Positions 37,028 to 47,048 of a stretch of DNA of 64,000 nt are shown piece after piece. This stretch comes from Minisyncoccota bacterium. GTDB lineage: Bacteria; Patescibacteriota; Minisyncoccia; UBA9983. Below the pieces are notes generated by a model. The model made no database searches and was not told the DNA's origin. It saw only the letters and a list, made by a program, of their open reading frames with translations. The stretch is taken from assembly GCA_041648395.1 (NCBI GenBank), contig JBAZPC010000001.1, positions 31,173 to 95,172 of the forward strand. The letters run 5' to 3'. The position numbers and the translations under genes are program-made. The number at the start of each line of letters is the position of its first letter. Position 1 is the first letter of the stretch.

Positions 37028-37972
37028 CTAATTTAAAGCAAGATTTATGAGGTGCTCCAGAAATTCGGAGTACGACGAGCCGACGGCTTTTATCGCCTTC
37101 GGCAGAAGCGACTCCGTCGTGAGCTCCGGCAAAGTGTTTATCTCCAAAATATAAATGTTTACCCCGTTCTTGGCGGGACCTTTAGGCGAAACAATAAAAT
37201 CAGCGTTGGAATAATGCCTGCAACCGACTGCTTGATGCGCCGTTATCGCCATTTTTTCTATTTCTTTCTTTATTTTCAAATCAAAATTTTCCAAAACCGG
37301 CAAAGAATAATGTTTTTGGTCTCTAAAATTTTCAATGACTCCGCAAGTCGCTTCCCTGCCTTTTATGTATTCTTCCGCCAATATTTTTGAATCAAAGGCG
37401 GATGCGATTTTAACCGCCTCAACTAGTTCGTCAAAATTATGCGCGATGGACACGCCGACGGAAGAGCCGGAAGAAACGGGCTTCACAACCCACGACGGCC
37501 CCATTGCCTTGAAAATTTTATCGGCCACTCCACTTAGGAGTTCAGCTTCTAAGTTAATGACGATGCCTTTTGGGATATTCAGGCCGGCTCTCGCGAATGC
37601 TTCCCGCGCCAATGCCTTATTCATTCCCAGCGCCGAACCAAAAATTCCCGAACCGGTGTACGGTATTTTGTATGTTTCCAACAACTGCTGAACTTTTCCA
37701 TCCTCCCCGTACTTTCCATGCAGGGCATTGAAAACAACATCAATGGAACGGAAAATTTTTTCCGGATGGGATAATTTCCCTTCAAAATACCAATCGCCTT
37801 CCCTGGAAAGAAAAATATCATAGCCGGTAAAATTTTCCGGCAGATTATCCAGCGCGCTTTTTCCCGTTTTCAGGGAAACGTCATGCTCGTCGGACGGCCC
37901 GCCGCGCAGGACGCCGACTTTTATTTTTCTTTTAGATTTCATTTTAATTGTTGAACACTCGGTGTTCAACAT
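37028..37972 (-). CDS. ddl: D-alanine--D-alanine ligase-like ATP-grasp protein (degenerate; start may be 37942)
   Basis: GG.S.EH.VSL, FNALHG..GEDG, PYTGSG, KP...GSS.G, EEYI.GRE, LEINT.P. Confidence 0.85.
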   Translation of the reverse strand: MLNTECSTIKMKSKRKIKVGVLRGGPSDEHDVSLKTGKSALDNLPENFTGYDIFLSREGDWYFEGKLSHPEKIFRSIDVVFNALHGKYGEDGKVQQLLETYKIPYTGSGIFGSALGMNKALAREAFARAGLNIPKGIVINLEAELLSGVADKIFKAMGPSWVVKPVSSGSSVGVSIAHNFDELVEAVKIASAFDSKILAEEYIKGREATCGVIENFRDQKHYSLPVLENFDLKIKKEIEKMAITAHQAVGCRHYSNADFIVSPKGPAKNGVNIYILEINTLPELTTESLLPKAIKAVGSSYSEFLEHLINLALN

Positions 37973-37987
37973 ACAAACAACATATCG

Positions 37988-40900
37988 TTATCTCTGTAAA
38001 TTTTTCAAGAAGCCGAAGGACTCCTGGAAGTTCTTAAAGATAACGTCAATTATTGATTCAGCCGAGCGCGGAGTGAGAATGGCGCGAACCGGAGAGCTCG
38101 CCTTGTTACCCGCCTCATCTTCGGAAACAACTTTAATTCTGTAAACCGTTGACGGCTTGAAATTGGCGATGATAACGGCGTGGTCGGTGGTATATTCTTT
38201 TTCATCTCCGGCTTTATTTGCCAAGTCCTCTTTATTGCTGATTCCTTCTTCATAATAGACAATGGAGTTGGCCGGCTCATTTGTTTTCCAGAATACTATC
38301 GTCTGCAATCGGTCCGTCCTGCCCGGCACCAATGCGTTGTCAACTTTTATTGAAGAAAGTTCCGGCGGAACAACGTCTTGCTTGGTTCTAATCGTTATTG
38401 TATTGCCTTCAACAATATTATTGTTGACGTCGTAGCCGAAGGCCTTAATTTCGTAGGAAGTGGCCGGCGTCAAATTGTCCAAGACGACGGAGTGGACTTT
38501 AGCCATGGCGTTGTCGCCCTTTTGGCCGACTTGCCTCGTAATCATATTTCTGTATTCCGCAAAAGAGCTAGTTTCGTCGCTGGTGGTCCATCTTATTTCT
38601 ATTTGAGTATTGCCCACCTTCGTCACTTCCGGCGCAATCTTGGAGGACTTGGTTATAAATTCAATATTTTTTGATTTGCCAACAACGCCCGGAATGGCAA
38701 ACGACTTCGTCTGCAAATGATATTTCGTGGACGGAGAAAGATTAGTCAGATTGACTTCGTGGCTCTTGGATTTTTCCTGCGTATCTGAAATCTCCGATTT
38801 GTACGGGTTCTCGTTTTTCCCGTCATAATCTTTATCCGCAACATAGGCCGCTGAACCGTATGATTTAATATTAGTCAACCACTTAATGACAGCTGAATTT
38901 TCAGTCACATCGGAAACCTCCACCTTGCTGATAAACGGCGGAGACAAACTAGGCATTATTGATTCTATTATTCCCTCCAATTGGGTCTGGAAACTTTCCG
39001 CGTTTTCCAGGGTGATTAAATTGTCCAGCGCCTCCGTGGCAAATTTTGTGGTGAATATTTTGTCCTCGGAATCGCTGAAGTTGCCGAATTTATCTTGCGC
39101 CTTCACTTTATAATGATATTCCGTTCCCAGCACGAGGCCCGACATTTTCACGCTATGGCTAGTTTTCAAATCGGGAGAAGCGGCGACATTGCCGTATGTT
39201 TTATCTTTCCCATACAGCGCGTAGCCAGTGGAAATTTCATTTGTGTCAAAAGTAACAGTCGCATCAAAGGCGTTTATGGAAGATGTTTTGATATTGGAAA
39301 TTGAAGGCGGAGTCGTGTCGCTTGCCGCCACACTTCCCCCTCCTCCCACATATTGGATAACGACATCTTTTGCCGAAGTTGTGGTAGCCGACTTATTGGA
39401 AGAGTAACCGATATTCCCCTGGGAGTCGGCGGACCTAATGCGATAATGATAAATTGTTTCAGAGGTAAGAGACGACAAAGTAAGAGCGTGGCCCATAGTG
39501 AGAGTGGGGTTAAGCGTGCCGGAATTGGTGTAGATGCCGTTTTCCAAACCGAAATCAACCTGGCTGTCAGCAAGTTCGTCCGTGTTCCAAAAAACAATCA
39601 AAGTATCGGCCGTCCTCACTGGCGTGGAAATATTTGAAATTACTGGCGGCTGATTATCGTAGGATGTGGTGAAAGTATAATAGTTGCTGCTGTTTTTGTC
39701 GGTGACAGTATCGCCGCCAGCTATTGATTTAACATAATAATAATATGTCGTTCTTGAAAGCAAATTAGGAAGAGTGACTTTGTGATAATACAAAGGCCCG
39801 CTTCCGCCAACTGCATCCGCGCTCCCCGCCGTGCTCACACCCGAATCGCTAGTCAAGTTGCTGGTGTTTGTGGAATAGATAACATATGAATTAGAATCGC
39901 TGTTTGTGTTCCAAGTAATTTCCGCGCTGTTGTTGGTGACGGAAGAAGTGACGACGTCAGTAATCGCCGGTCCGCTCGCAGTGGTAAACGGAATTCCGGC
40001 CGCTGCTCCCTCGTTCGCCATAATGTCTTTTGATTTTATTCGGAAAATATAATCAGTAGCTGGAGTTAAGCCGGTAACGGTAACGCTGTGGCTCGTCACA
40101 TAAGCGGTGCTGGAAGCATTGCTGGCATAATTTCCGGCCGCGGCCGTGGAAAATTCAACTTTTGAATCCGCCATCTCGTCCGTGGCCCAAGTGATTTTTG
40201 CCCAGGTTGCCTGTGTTTCCGCTATTGCCACCGCGGAAATAACCGGAGCCGTGAAATCGCTCCCGCCCTGGCCGTCCGGCAAGTCGTTTTGAGGAGTGGA
40301 ATAACTGGAAATATCGCCGCCCGTGTCCGTCACCCTCACCTTGTAATAATATGTCGTGGTTGAAGCGACAGTTGAATCGGTATAAGAGTTTGTGTTGATG
40401 TCGGAAATGGTGGTTAGTAAAGAATAATCCACGCCGTTGGTGGAACGGTATATTTTATAACTGCTAAAAGCGGCTGTGGTGGAAGCGGTATAAACTTCCC
40501 AACTCATCATTTCCTTATAGCTGTTAATCGCTGGATTGCTAATATCATAAAGCATAAAGTTCTGCGGCATGGAGGGGGCTGTAGCCGAAGTTGTGGCGGT
40601 ATTTCCGAAAGCGTCCTTTGTTGTTAAGTAAACGGTTTCAAAAGACGGCGTACCCGAAAAAGTCCACGCAAATGTCGTAGAGGTGGAAGTTCCCCCAACC
40701 GCCCGCCAGTCGCTTCCGGCGGAGTCGGCGTTATTGGAGACCTTGTATTCTATATTATTGTCATCGGAAAGATTTAAAATAATCGTGTCGGCGGCGGAGT
40801 CCAAAGTGAAGGCGGTCATTGTCACATTCTTCACATCCAAGGCGAAAGTTCCACCCGTTGCTGTTGCTGTGTTATTCGCGCCTTCGTTGTCGTTTACCGT

Positions 40901-43093
40901 TACCCTGATTTGCGCAGTGGCATAATATGTTTCCGGTATCTGCGTTTTCGCGTCCCAATAGGTGGTGTAAGTGAGGTAACTGCCGTTTAAGACCTTGTTG
41001 GTCGTATTTCCTCCGTAGGTACTAAATCCACCCCCCGTTGGGGCGTCACCCCAAGTGATATTGGCTGAATTAACAGCCACCCATCCGCCCCCAATATTAT
41101 ATTCAAAAGTGGGCGTAACATAATTCGGACTGTTTGTGCCAGTGGTCGTGTCGGTATCTTTTACGGCGTATTGAATTTGCGCCTTAGCAAAATTCGGGTC
41201 GCTTGAATTTGAAATCTGCGAAACGGAAACGCCGTTTGTGCCAAAAGTGGAATCAAACTGCGGTGTGGCATTAACAACATAAGTGGCGGTGACACTACTT
41301 AATGTCGGCGTGCTCGCGCCGTCGGAAGTTAAAAACGCTTTGTATTGAAAATATTTGTCATTATTGCCGGAAGTGAAAGTGGCTGGCATTGATTCCGTTC
41401 CGGCGGAATTTTCAAAATATGTTCCCGTCGTGCCGTCCGGCCCGAGCCAATTGGTCCAAGTGACGGTGTCGGGAGAAGTGCGGAGTTGAAATTTTATTCC
41501 CGCCGTGGTCGTGGTCGCGCCCGTCCATTGAATTTTGCTCATAAAATTAGTGGCGTCGGTGGTATTATAAATTGAAGAAGTCAAAGTTTGAACAGAAGCG
41601 GGATAATAATTGTAATTTATAGTGATGTCGTCCAGAGAGGGAGTGTAGGCGGTGTCGGAAGTGGAAAGATTAGCGCGATATTGGACATAACGGTTGCCGG
41701 TCAAGGAGGAAATACTTCCGCCTGTTGAAATATTTGTTTGCCATTCGGTCCATGTGCCGTCCGGCGTTGCCGTGTTGCCTGCCTTGATGTCAACTGTCAA
41801 AGTAGTGCTGGCGTTAGTGGTTTTGGTAAAACTCAATGTAGTTAGACCGCTTTTTTGCCCCAAATCAACGCTGGCCGAAGTATAAGTGCCGGAGGAGAGA
41901 GAAAGTAGGGGAAGTTTAGCAAAGTTATTGGTGTTATTTCCCCCTAAAACATAAAGATTACCCGGGTCTAATCCATCAGAGACAATGCCGCCACCAACCC
42001 AGCCAACATTAAATGGCGTAGGAGCAACGGAAGAAAGGTTGGTCCAAGCACCGGTGGAGATATTATATTTGGCAAAGTTGGTATTGTCCCATCCTGTCGC
42101 GTAGAGATTGCCCGCGCCGTCAGAGGTAATATCGCTGGGGCTAAATGGCACGGGAGCGGTGGAAGAAAGGTTGGTCCAAGCACCGGTGGAGATATTATAT
42201 TTGGCAAAGTTGGTATTGTTAAATGCTGTCGCGTAGAGATTGCCCGCGCCGTCAGAGGTAATGCTCATAGTACCAACTGGCACGGGAGCGGTGGAAGAAA
42301 GGTCTGTCCAACCAGTGGAGGTATTGTATTTGGCAAAATTGGTATAGGTATTATCTCTTATAAGATAAAAATTGCCATCGCCGCCATATGCAAGATTGTC
42401 ATTACCCCAAGTGAGAAACGGCAAGGGAGCGGTGGCGGTGAGGTCTGTCCAGCCGGTGGAGGTATTGTATTTGGCAAAACTGACCGTGCCATTTGACCCC
42501 GAAGCGTAAAAATTGCCCGCGCCGTCATAAGCAAGACCACCGTAGATGCCAGACGGCGCAGTAGTAAGGTTGGTCCAGGCGCCAGCGGAAGTATTATATT
42601 TGGCAAAATATCCGCTCTGATTGATCGCGTAAAAATTGCCCGCGCCGTCAGAATCAAAGCCGGAATAGTTTAAAAAATTAAATGGAGGAGGAACCGTTGC
42701 GGTGAGATTAGTCCAAGAAGTAGAATTTGTTTTCCCAAGCTTCACGCTCGCATTGCTTCCTGTTCCAGAAACTATTGTTGATGAAAGTGTTCCTCCCGAA
42801 AAATCGGTGTCGGTTGTATGCGTGGCCGAAGCAGCGGTTGCGGTTAAGCTCACGCTCGCGCCGGCGGTGATGTTCGCGTCTTTGGCGGAATATTTAGCCC
42901 AGCTTGATTGGTTGGTCGGATGGACGGCAGTATCAGCCGACTCTGTCGTCCAGCTATTCTGAACAAAAGTATAAGTGGCGCCCAAAACTTTGCCGGGACC
43001 AAAACTGTAAAAAACAAGGGATAACAAAACAACAACAGCCAAAAAACCGGAGATTACATCTTTGACTTTTATTTTTTTCCAAAAATTTTTCAC
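37988..43093 (-). CDS. Giant Thr/Ser-rich surface protein with a beta-propeller repeat region and multiple FN3-like domains
   Basis: Signal/TM at the N-terminus; six ~44-aa DGAGN.Y...FAKYN...G.WT.L repeats; repeated I.W.T.....S.V.Y and L...T.Y.Y.V.S.D..GN FN3 motifs. Confidence 0.85.
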   Translation of the reverse strand: MKNFWKKIKVKDVISGFLAVVVLLSLVFYSFGPGKVLGATYTFVQNSWTTESADTAVHPTNQSSWAKYSAKDANITAGASVSLTATAASATHTTDTDFSGGTLSSTIVSGTGSNASVKLGKTNSTSWTNLTATVPPPFNFLNYSGFDSDGAGNFYAINQSGYFAKYNTSAGAWTNLTTAPSGIYGGLAYDGAGNFYASGSNGTVSFAKYNTSTGWTDLTATAPLPFLTWGNDNLAYGGDGNFYLIRDNTYTNFAKYNTSTGWTDLSSTAPVPVGTMSITSDGAGNLYATAFNNTNFAKYNISTGAWTNLSSTAPVPFSPSDITSDGAGNLYATGWDNTNFAKYNISTGAWTNLSSVAPTPFNVGWVGGGIVSDGLDPGNLYVLGGNNTNNFAKLPLLSLSSGTYTSASVDLGQKSGLTTLSFTKTTNASTTLTVDIKAGNTATPDGTWTEWQTNISTGGSISSLTGNRYVQYRANLSTSDTAYTPSLDDITINYNYYPASVQTLTSSIYNTTDATNFMSKIQWTGATTTTAGIKFQLRTSPDTVTWTNWLGPDGTTGTYFENSAGTESMPATFTSGNNDKYFQYKAFLTSDGASTPTLSSVTATYVVNATPQFDSTFGTNGVSVSQISNSSDPNFAKAQIQYAVKDTDTTTGTNSPNYVTPTFEYNIGGGWVAVNSANITWGDAPTGGGFSTYGGNTTNKVLNGSYLTYTTYWDAKTQIPETYYATAQIRVTVNDNEGANNTATATGGTFALDVKNVTMTAFTLDSAADTIILNLSDDNNIEYKVSNNADSAGSDWRAVGGTSTSTTFAWTFSGTPSFETVYLTTKDAFGNTATTSATAPSMPQNFMLYDISNPAINSYKEMMSWEVYTASTTAAFSSYKIYRSTNGVDYSLLTTISDINTNSYTDSTVASTTTYYYKVRVTDTGGDISSYSTPQNDLPDGQGGSDFTAPVISAVAIAETQATWAKITWATDEMADSKVEFSTAAAGNYASNASSTAYVTSHSVTVTGLTPATDYIFRIKSKDIMANEGAAAGIPFTTASGPAITDVVTSSVTNNSAEITWNTNSDSNSYVIYSTNTSNLTSDSGVSTAGSADAVGGSGPLYYHKVTLPNLLSRTTYYYYVKSIAGGDTVTDKNSSNYYTFTTSYDNQPPVISNISTPVRTADTLIVFWNTDELADSQVDFGLENGIYTNSGTLNPTLTMGHALTLSSLTSETIYHYRIRSADSQGNIGYSSNKSATTTSAKDVVIQYVGGGGSVAASDTTPPSISNIKTSSINAFDATVTFDTNEISTGYALYGKDKTYGNVAASPDLKTSHSVKMSGLVLGTEYHYKVKAQDKFGNFSDSEDKIFTTKFATEALDNLITLENAESFQTQLEGIIESIMPSLSPPFISKVEVSDVTENSAVIKWLTNIKSYGSAAYVADKDYDGKNENPYKSEISDTQEKSKSHEVNLTNLSPSTKYHLQTKSFAIPGVVGKSKNIEFITKSSKIAPEVTKVGNTQIEIRWTTSDETSSFAEYRNMITRQVGQKGDNAMAKVHSVVLDNLTPATSYEIKAFGYDVNNNIVEGNTITIRTKQDVVPPELSSIKVDNALVPGRTDRLQTIVFWKTNEPANSIVYYEEGISNKEDLANKAGDEKEYTTDHAVIIANFKPSTVYRIKVVSEDEAGNKASSPVRAILTPRSAESIIDVIFKNFQESFGFLKNLQR
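41940..42720 (-). repeat. Intragenic tandem repeats with ~132-bp period
   Basis: Units starting at 42029 and 42161 are near-identical apart from short loop segments. Confidence 0.85.
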
Positions 43094-43094
43094 T

Positions 43095-43463
43095 TTACGC
43101 TTTTTGCAAACTTTTTACCTGATTTTCCAAAAATTCCACTCTTTGCTTTAGGCTAAGGACATCGCCAACTATCGCATCCACATCCTCTTTTGAAGTTTGT
43201 GAAATTTTTTCAAGTTTTTGTTCTATTTCTTCTAATTTATTCCAAATCTGTTTTATCTCCGCTCTTATGTCTCTAATTTGTGATTCTATGGTGTCAAAAC
43301 GATTATTCATTTCTTGCTTTAAATCTCTAATTTCTTTATAAACATTGCCAAACTCCTTATATACTCCGTCAAATCCTTTCTTAACCATCACCGCCAAACC
43401 ATCAAATTTTTTATCAATTCGCTCTCCAAAACTTTCAAATTCCTGTTTTATCTCCTTATCCAT
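43095..43463 (-). CDS. Small coiled-coil protein
   Basis: Heptad-rich; LAVMVKKGFD.V. Confidence 0.7.
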   Translation of the reverse strand: MDKEIKQEFESFGERIDKKFDGLAVMVKKGFDGVYKEFGNVYKEIRDLKQEMNNRFDTIESQIRDIRAEIKQIWNKLEEIEQKLEKISQTSKEDVDAIVGDVLSLKQRVEFLENQVKSLQKA

Positions 43464-43526
43464 ATGCTTATTATTCTATCCTAAAATTAAAACTATTGCA
43501 TCTCCTGTGGATAACCAAATAGCAGC

Positions 43527-43952
43527 CTATTTTTTGGCTATTTCGTGTATGGCGCGGATGAGTTCGGTCGGCATGTATTCCCCTTTCACCAGGAATTTAT
43601 CCGCCCCGAGCTTTTCCGCTTTTTCTTTTATTTCCTTATCGCTGAAGCCGGAAAAAATTATAATTTTTATGCCCTTTGTTTTTTCCGCGCCTTTCAGCTC
43701 CTCCAAAAAATGAAAGCCCGCCTCCCTGTCCACCATTCCCCCTTCCTTGTCGGCCATCATGAGGTCCAGAAGAATTACATCCGGCCTGTTGGCGGGGTCG
43801 CTCAAAATTTCTCTGGCTTTTTTAAAGTCGCCCACAATGGAAAATTCAAAATTATCATCACCCTTCATGCCGTGAATCCAAAAAACATCCTTAAGAAAAA
43901 TTCTCATAAATTCGTCGTCTTCTATGGAAAGTATTTTGATTGACTTATTCAT
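43527..43952 (-). CDS. Single-domain response regulator receiver
   Basis: IEDD, PDVILLDLMM, FSG, GADKFLVK. Confidence 0.9.
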   Translation of the reverse strand: MNKSIKILSIEDDEFMRIFLKDVFWIHGMKGDDNFEFSIVGDFKKAREILSDPANRPDVILLDLMMADKEGGMVDREAGFHFLEELKGAEKTKGIKIIIFSGFSDKEIKEKAEKLGADKFLVKGEYMPTELIRAIHEIAKK

Positions 43953-43989
43953 TAGTGTTCGCTAATAATGCTAATTTCTGCAAATAACG

Positions 43990-44433
43990 CTAATTATTAT
44001 TAATTTTTGAATTTAATACTCTACGATATTTAACGCCATCTTTTGTAAAATATATCAAAATTCCAAGTTTTATATTTGCATTTTTTAAATATTCCAAAAC
44101 CTGTTTGCAGTGAATGTAACCAAGCTTTGACACAACTTTTAATTCTAATAAAATTTTACCCTCAATAATGAAATCTGCAAAATAGTGGCCAATTTTTTCA
44201 TTTTTATATTCTAATGGAATAAATTTTTCTTTTTCGTAACGCAATCCTAAATCTGAAAATTCTTTTGCCAATGCTCTTTGATAATATTTTTCTTGCATTC
44301 CCCAATTTAATTTATTGAAAACATTGAATGTGGCTCCTATTATTTTAAAACTCAATTCCGGAAAAACAATCATTTTGTCATTGTCTTTTATCTGTATTAC
44401 TTTATTTTCGTTCACATTATTGGCAATTATCAT
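43990..44433 (-). CDS. GxxExxY protein (PD-(D/E)XK-like)
   Basis: GMQEKYY motif, ADFIIEGKILLELK, Q...YLK. Confidence 0.9.
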   Translation of the reverse strand: MIIANNVNENKVIQIKDNDKMIVFPELSFKIIGATFNVFNKLNWGMQEKYYQRALAKEFSDLGLRYEKEKFIPLEYKNEKIGHYFADFIIEGKILLELKVVSKLGYIHCKQVLEYLKNANIKLGILIYFTKDGVKYRRVLNSKINNN

Positions 44434-44487
44434 GTTTTTTAATCTTTAATATTCGCATTATTTAATTTTTATTCGCGTTATTTGTGA

Positions 44488-45747
44488 TTACTTCCTGATG
44501 AATGCCTGCTTCGGCGATAAGTTTGCCGCTCGGCGCGCCGGCCACGAGCCAGAAAGGACTCCGACCAGCGCCGAGATGACAACGATAAAAATAAGGAATT
44601 CCGGAGGATAAATAAACAAGTCAATCGGCTTCCCGCCCAGACGGCTAGCCAAAAAATTCAAACCGAGGTTAAACATCTCCCCGCCAAGAACACCGACGGT
44701 AATTCCTCCAATCCCGCCAAGCAATCCCATAATCAGCGATTCCATCAAAAACAAATTTCTTATGTCGGCCACCGAAGCGCCCAGTGATTTCATTATACCT
44801 ATTTCAAATATCCTTTCCAAAAATCCGATAATCATTGTGTTGAACATTCCGATGGCGGAAATGACCAGCGCCGCCACGCCAAAAATACCAAGCATGATGG
44901 TGATGGCCGTCATTATTTTTTTCGCCTGATTAACCAAGTCAATGCGCGCGGAAATCAGAAAGCCGTCGCCAAGAAGCTTGTCCTTTAACGGCTCAACGTT
45001 GTCTATGCCCTTCGCTTTCACAAAAATATGCTGGTAAAACGGCGGTTTTTCGGGAGTGGCGCTTAAAGGAATAAACACAAACGGCGGCTGCATATCGTCC
45101 ATCACGATGCCTTTGATGGTTAATGAGGACGGGATGTCAACAATTTTTATATTATTTCCGCTCTCATCCTGGTAAGTAATGTTTACCGCAATTTTTTGAT
45201 TTAGGGATTCTTCCGTTTCTTTCATATTAAGGAGACGAAGGGCAGTATTGGAAATGACGACCGAGTTTTCATTTTCCGTGAACGCCGAACCCAAATCCGG
45301 CTTCAAACCGGAAAGACGAAAATAATTCGGATTTATTATTTTTATTATAAGAAAACCGGATAAGGAATCCATTTTGGCTTCGCCGGAAAATTCCCCCACC
45401 GGACTTATTTCCTCCGCTTCGGGAATTGAAGCTATTTGTTCCGCTTTTTTTGAATCAATATTTTTTCCGCTTTCTGACGGATAAAAAGCGTCCAAGCTTA
45501 TGAGGGAATCCTCGGTCGCGGCCAGTTTGCCTATTAATATGTATTGGAGGCCGTATCCCAAAGAAACCAAAAAAAGAACGGTGCCGATGCCCAGAGAAAT
45601 GCCCAGAACAGTGAGAAACGTTCTCAACGGCCTAACCTTAAAAACCCTTAGAGACAACTTAAAAAGGTCCCTAAACTTAAGGCGATGCCCTTCTTCATTA
45701 AGAGCGACATACCTGGGCGTATAAATTTTTTCCGGATCAGGATTCAT
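44488..45747 (-). CDS. MacB/FtsX-like ABC transporter permease
   Basis: R..LT.LG...G, IG..NTM...LER..EIG.MK.LGA, PARRAA.L.P. Confidence 0.9.
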   Translation of the reverse strand: MNPDPEKIYTPRYVALNEEGHRLKFRDLFKLSLRVFKVRPLRTFLTVLGISLGIGTVLFLVSLGYGLQYILIGKLAATEDSLISLDAFYPSESGKNIDSKKAEQIASIPEAEEISPVGEFSGEAKMDSLSGFLIIKIINPNYFRLSGLKPDLGSAFTENENSVVISNTALRLLNMKETEESLNQKIAVNITYQDESGNNIKIVDIPSSLTIKGIVMDDMQPPFVFIPLSATPEKPPFYQHIFVKAKGIDNVEPLKDKLLGDGFLISARIDLVNQAKKIMTAITIMLGIFGVAALVISAIGMFNTMIIGFLERIFEIGIMKSLGASVADIRNLFLMESLIMGLLGGIGGITVGVLGGEMFNLGLNFLASRLGGKPIDLFIYPPEFLIFIVVISALVGVLSGSWPARRAANLSPKQAFIRK

Positions 45748-47048
45748 GATTCATTTTTTTCTTCCGTATTATTATTGTCGCCGCCGATAATCGCTTCTAA
45801 TTTCTCGGCCATTTTGAAACTGCTTCTGATTTTGAGGCCCAGTCCCCCTTTTTCTTTCGGTAAATCAAGAATTTTCCTGAAATGGTCGGTGGTAATTATG
45901 TTTCTCACTCTCTCGCCTATTCCTTCATCCAGCCGCTCCAGTTGCAGAGGGGTCAAAGCGCCTTTGTATTCTTCCAGCACCCAGTTGCGCAAGTCCTCCA
46001 CATCTTTTGAAAACGGCGCCTCCGGCGTTTCTTTTATTTTTTGATAAAATAACCTGAGTTTCTTTTCTCCGTTTATCATATCTTCAACGTAATCCGTAAT
46101 TTTTTTCGCCTTTTGCCTCCACAAACCGACTCCGCCCTGCGCGTAGGGCTTGTCCAAGGCCAGCATTAATCCGTCTTTATCCAATTCTTCTTTCAGCCGC
46201 TGGAAGATAAATGACTCCAGTCGCCTCTGTTCCGGCTGGGAATATCCTCTCATTGCCATGGCGGCTATCATCTTGGCGCGATTTTCAATCGGAGGCAATT
46301 CCGGAAAAAGATTTTTATAATAATATCCCGTCCCGACTTTCTTGAACAAAGTCGGTTTTTCTTTTGATTCTATTCTGGTAATGGAGCCGTCGCGCATGTA
46401 AAAAATCTTTTTGACGTCGCGCAAACTCCACGCTTCGTGGGTCACCATTATGATGGTCTTGCCGTCTTTTTCATTCAATTCTTTTAATAAATCCAAAACA
46501 TTATTAGCGTTAACAGAATCAAGATTTCCGATCGGCTCGTCGGCGAGAATTATCGGCGGGTCGTTGGCGAGAGCGCGGGCGATGCCGAATCTCTGCTGTT
46601 GGCCGCCGGAAAGTTCGTGCGGATAGCGGTTGGCGAACTGGGCGATGCCCAGCCGTTCCAAAATTTCCATCGCCCTTTTTTGCCTTTTTTCCGCAGAGAT
46701 GCCGAGAAAGGCCATGGGTAGGGAAACATTATCTATGTTGCTGATGGACGGGATGAGATTGAAATTTTGAAAAACGATTCCGATGCCGATCTGGCGATAA
46801 ATGGCCAATTCTTTTTGCGAAAAGCCCATGATATCCTGGCCGTTGATAAAAACCTTTCCTTCGTCCGGCCGTTCAACGCCGGAAATAATGTAGAGAATAG
46901 TTGACTTTCCACAGCCGGAAGGGCCGAAGAAACTCACGAAATCTCCTTGTTTGATGTCCATGCTCACACTCTTAAGCGCCTGGACTTCCGAGTATTTGCC
47001 CTTGTCGTAAAAAAAACTTACGTCTTCTAGTTTAATGACTGGATCCAT
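45744..47048 (-). CDS. ABC transporter ATP-binding protein (LolD/MacB type) with a long C-terminal extension
   Basis: GPSGCGKS, LSGGQQQR, LADEP.GNLD, VTH, plus about 200 extra aa. Confidence 0.9.
   Translation of the reverse strand: MDPVIKLEDVSFFYDKGKYSEVQALKSVSMDIKQGDFVSFFGPSGCGKSTILYIISGVERPDEGKVFINGQDIMGFSQKELAIYRQIGIGIVFQNFNLIPSISNIDNVSLPMAFLGISAEKRQKRAMEILERLGIAQFANRYPHELSGGQQQRFGIARALANDPPIILADEPIGNLDSVNANNVLDLLKELNEKDGKTIIMVTHEAWSLRDVKKIFYMRDGSITRIESKEKPTLFKKVGTGYYYKNLFPELPPIENRAKMIAAMAMRGYSQPEQRRLESFIFQRLKEELDKDGLMLALDKPYAQGGVGLWRQKAKKITDYVEDMINGEKKLRLFYQKIKETPEAPFSKDVEDLRNWVLEEYKGALTPLQLERLDEGIGERVRNIITTDHFRKILDLPKEKGGLGLKIRSSFKMAEKLEAIIGGDNNNTEEKNES

Noticed and set aside
42029-42290. 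DGR template/variable repeat pair (an Avd-like gene is in the window)
   Set aside because: The mismatches are not adenine-specific, both copies are in-frame coding repeats, and no reverse transcriptase is present.
43506-43514. DnaA box (TGTGGATAA) suggesting oriC
   Set aside because: It is a single box in a short spacer. The only other one noticed is inside pyrG (19205-19213), so there is no cluster.
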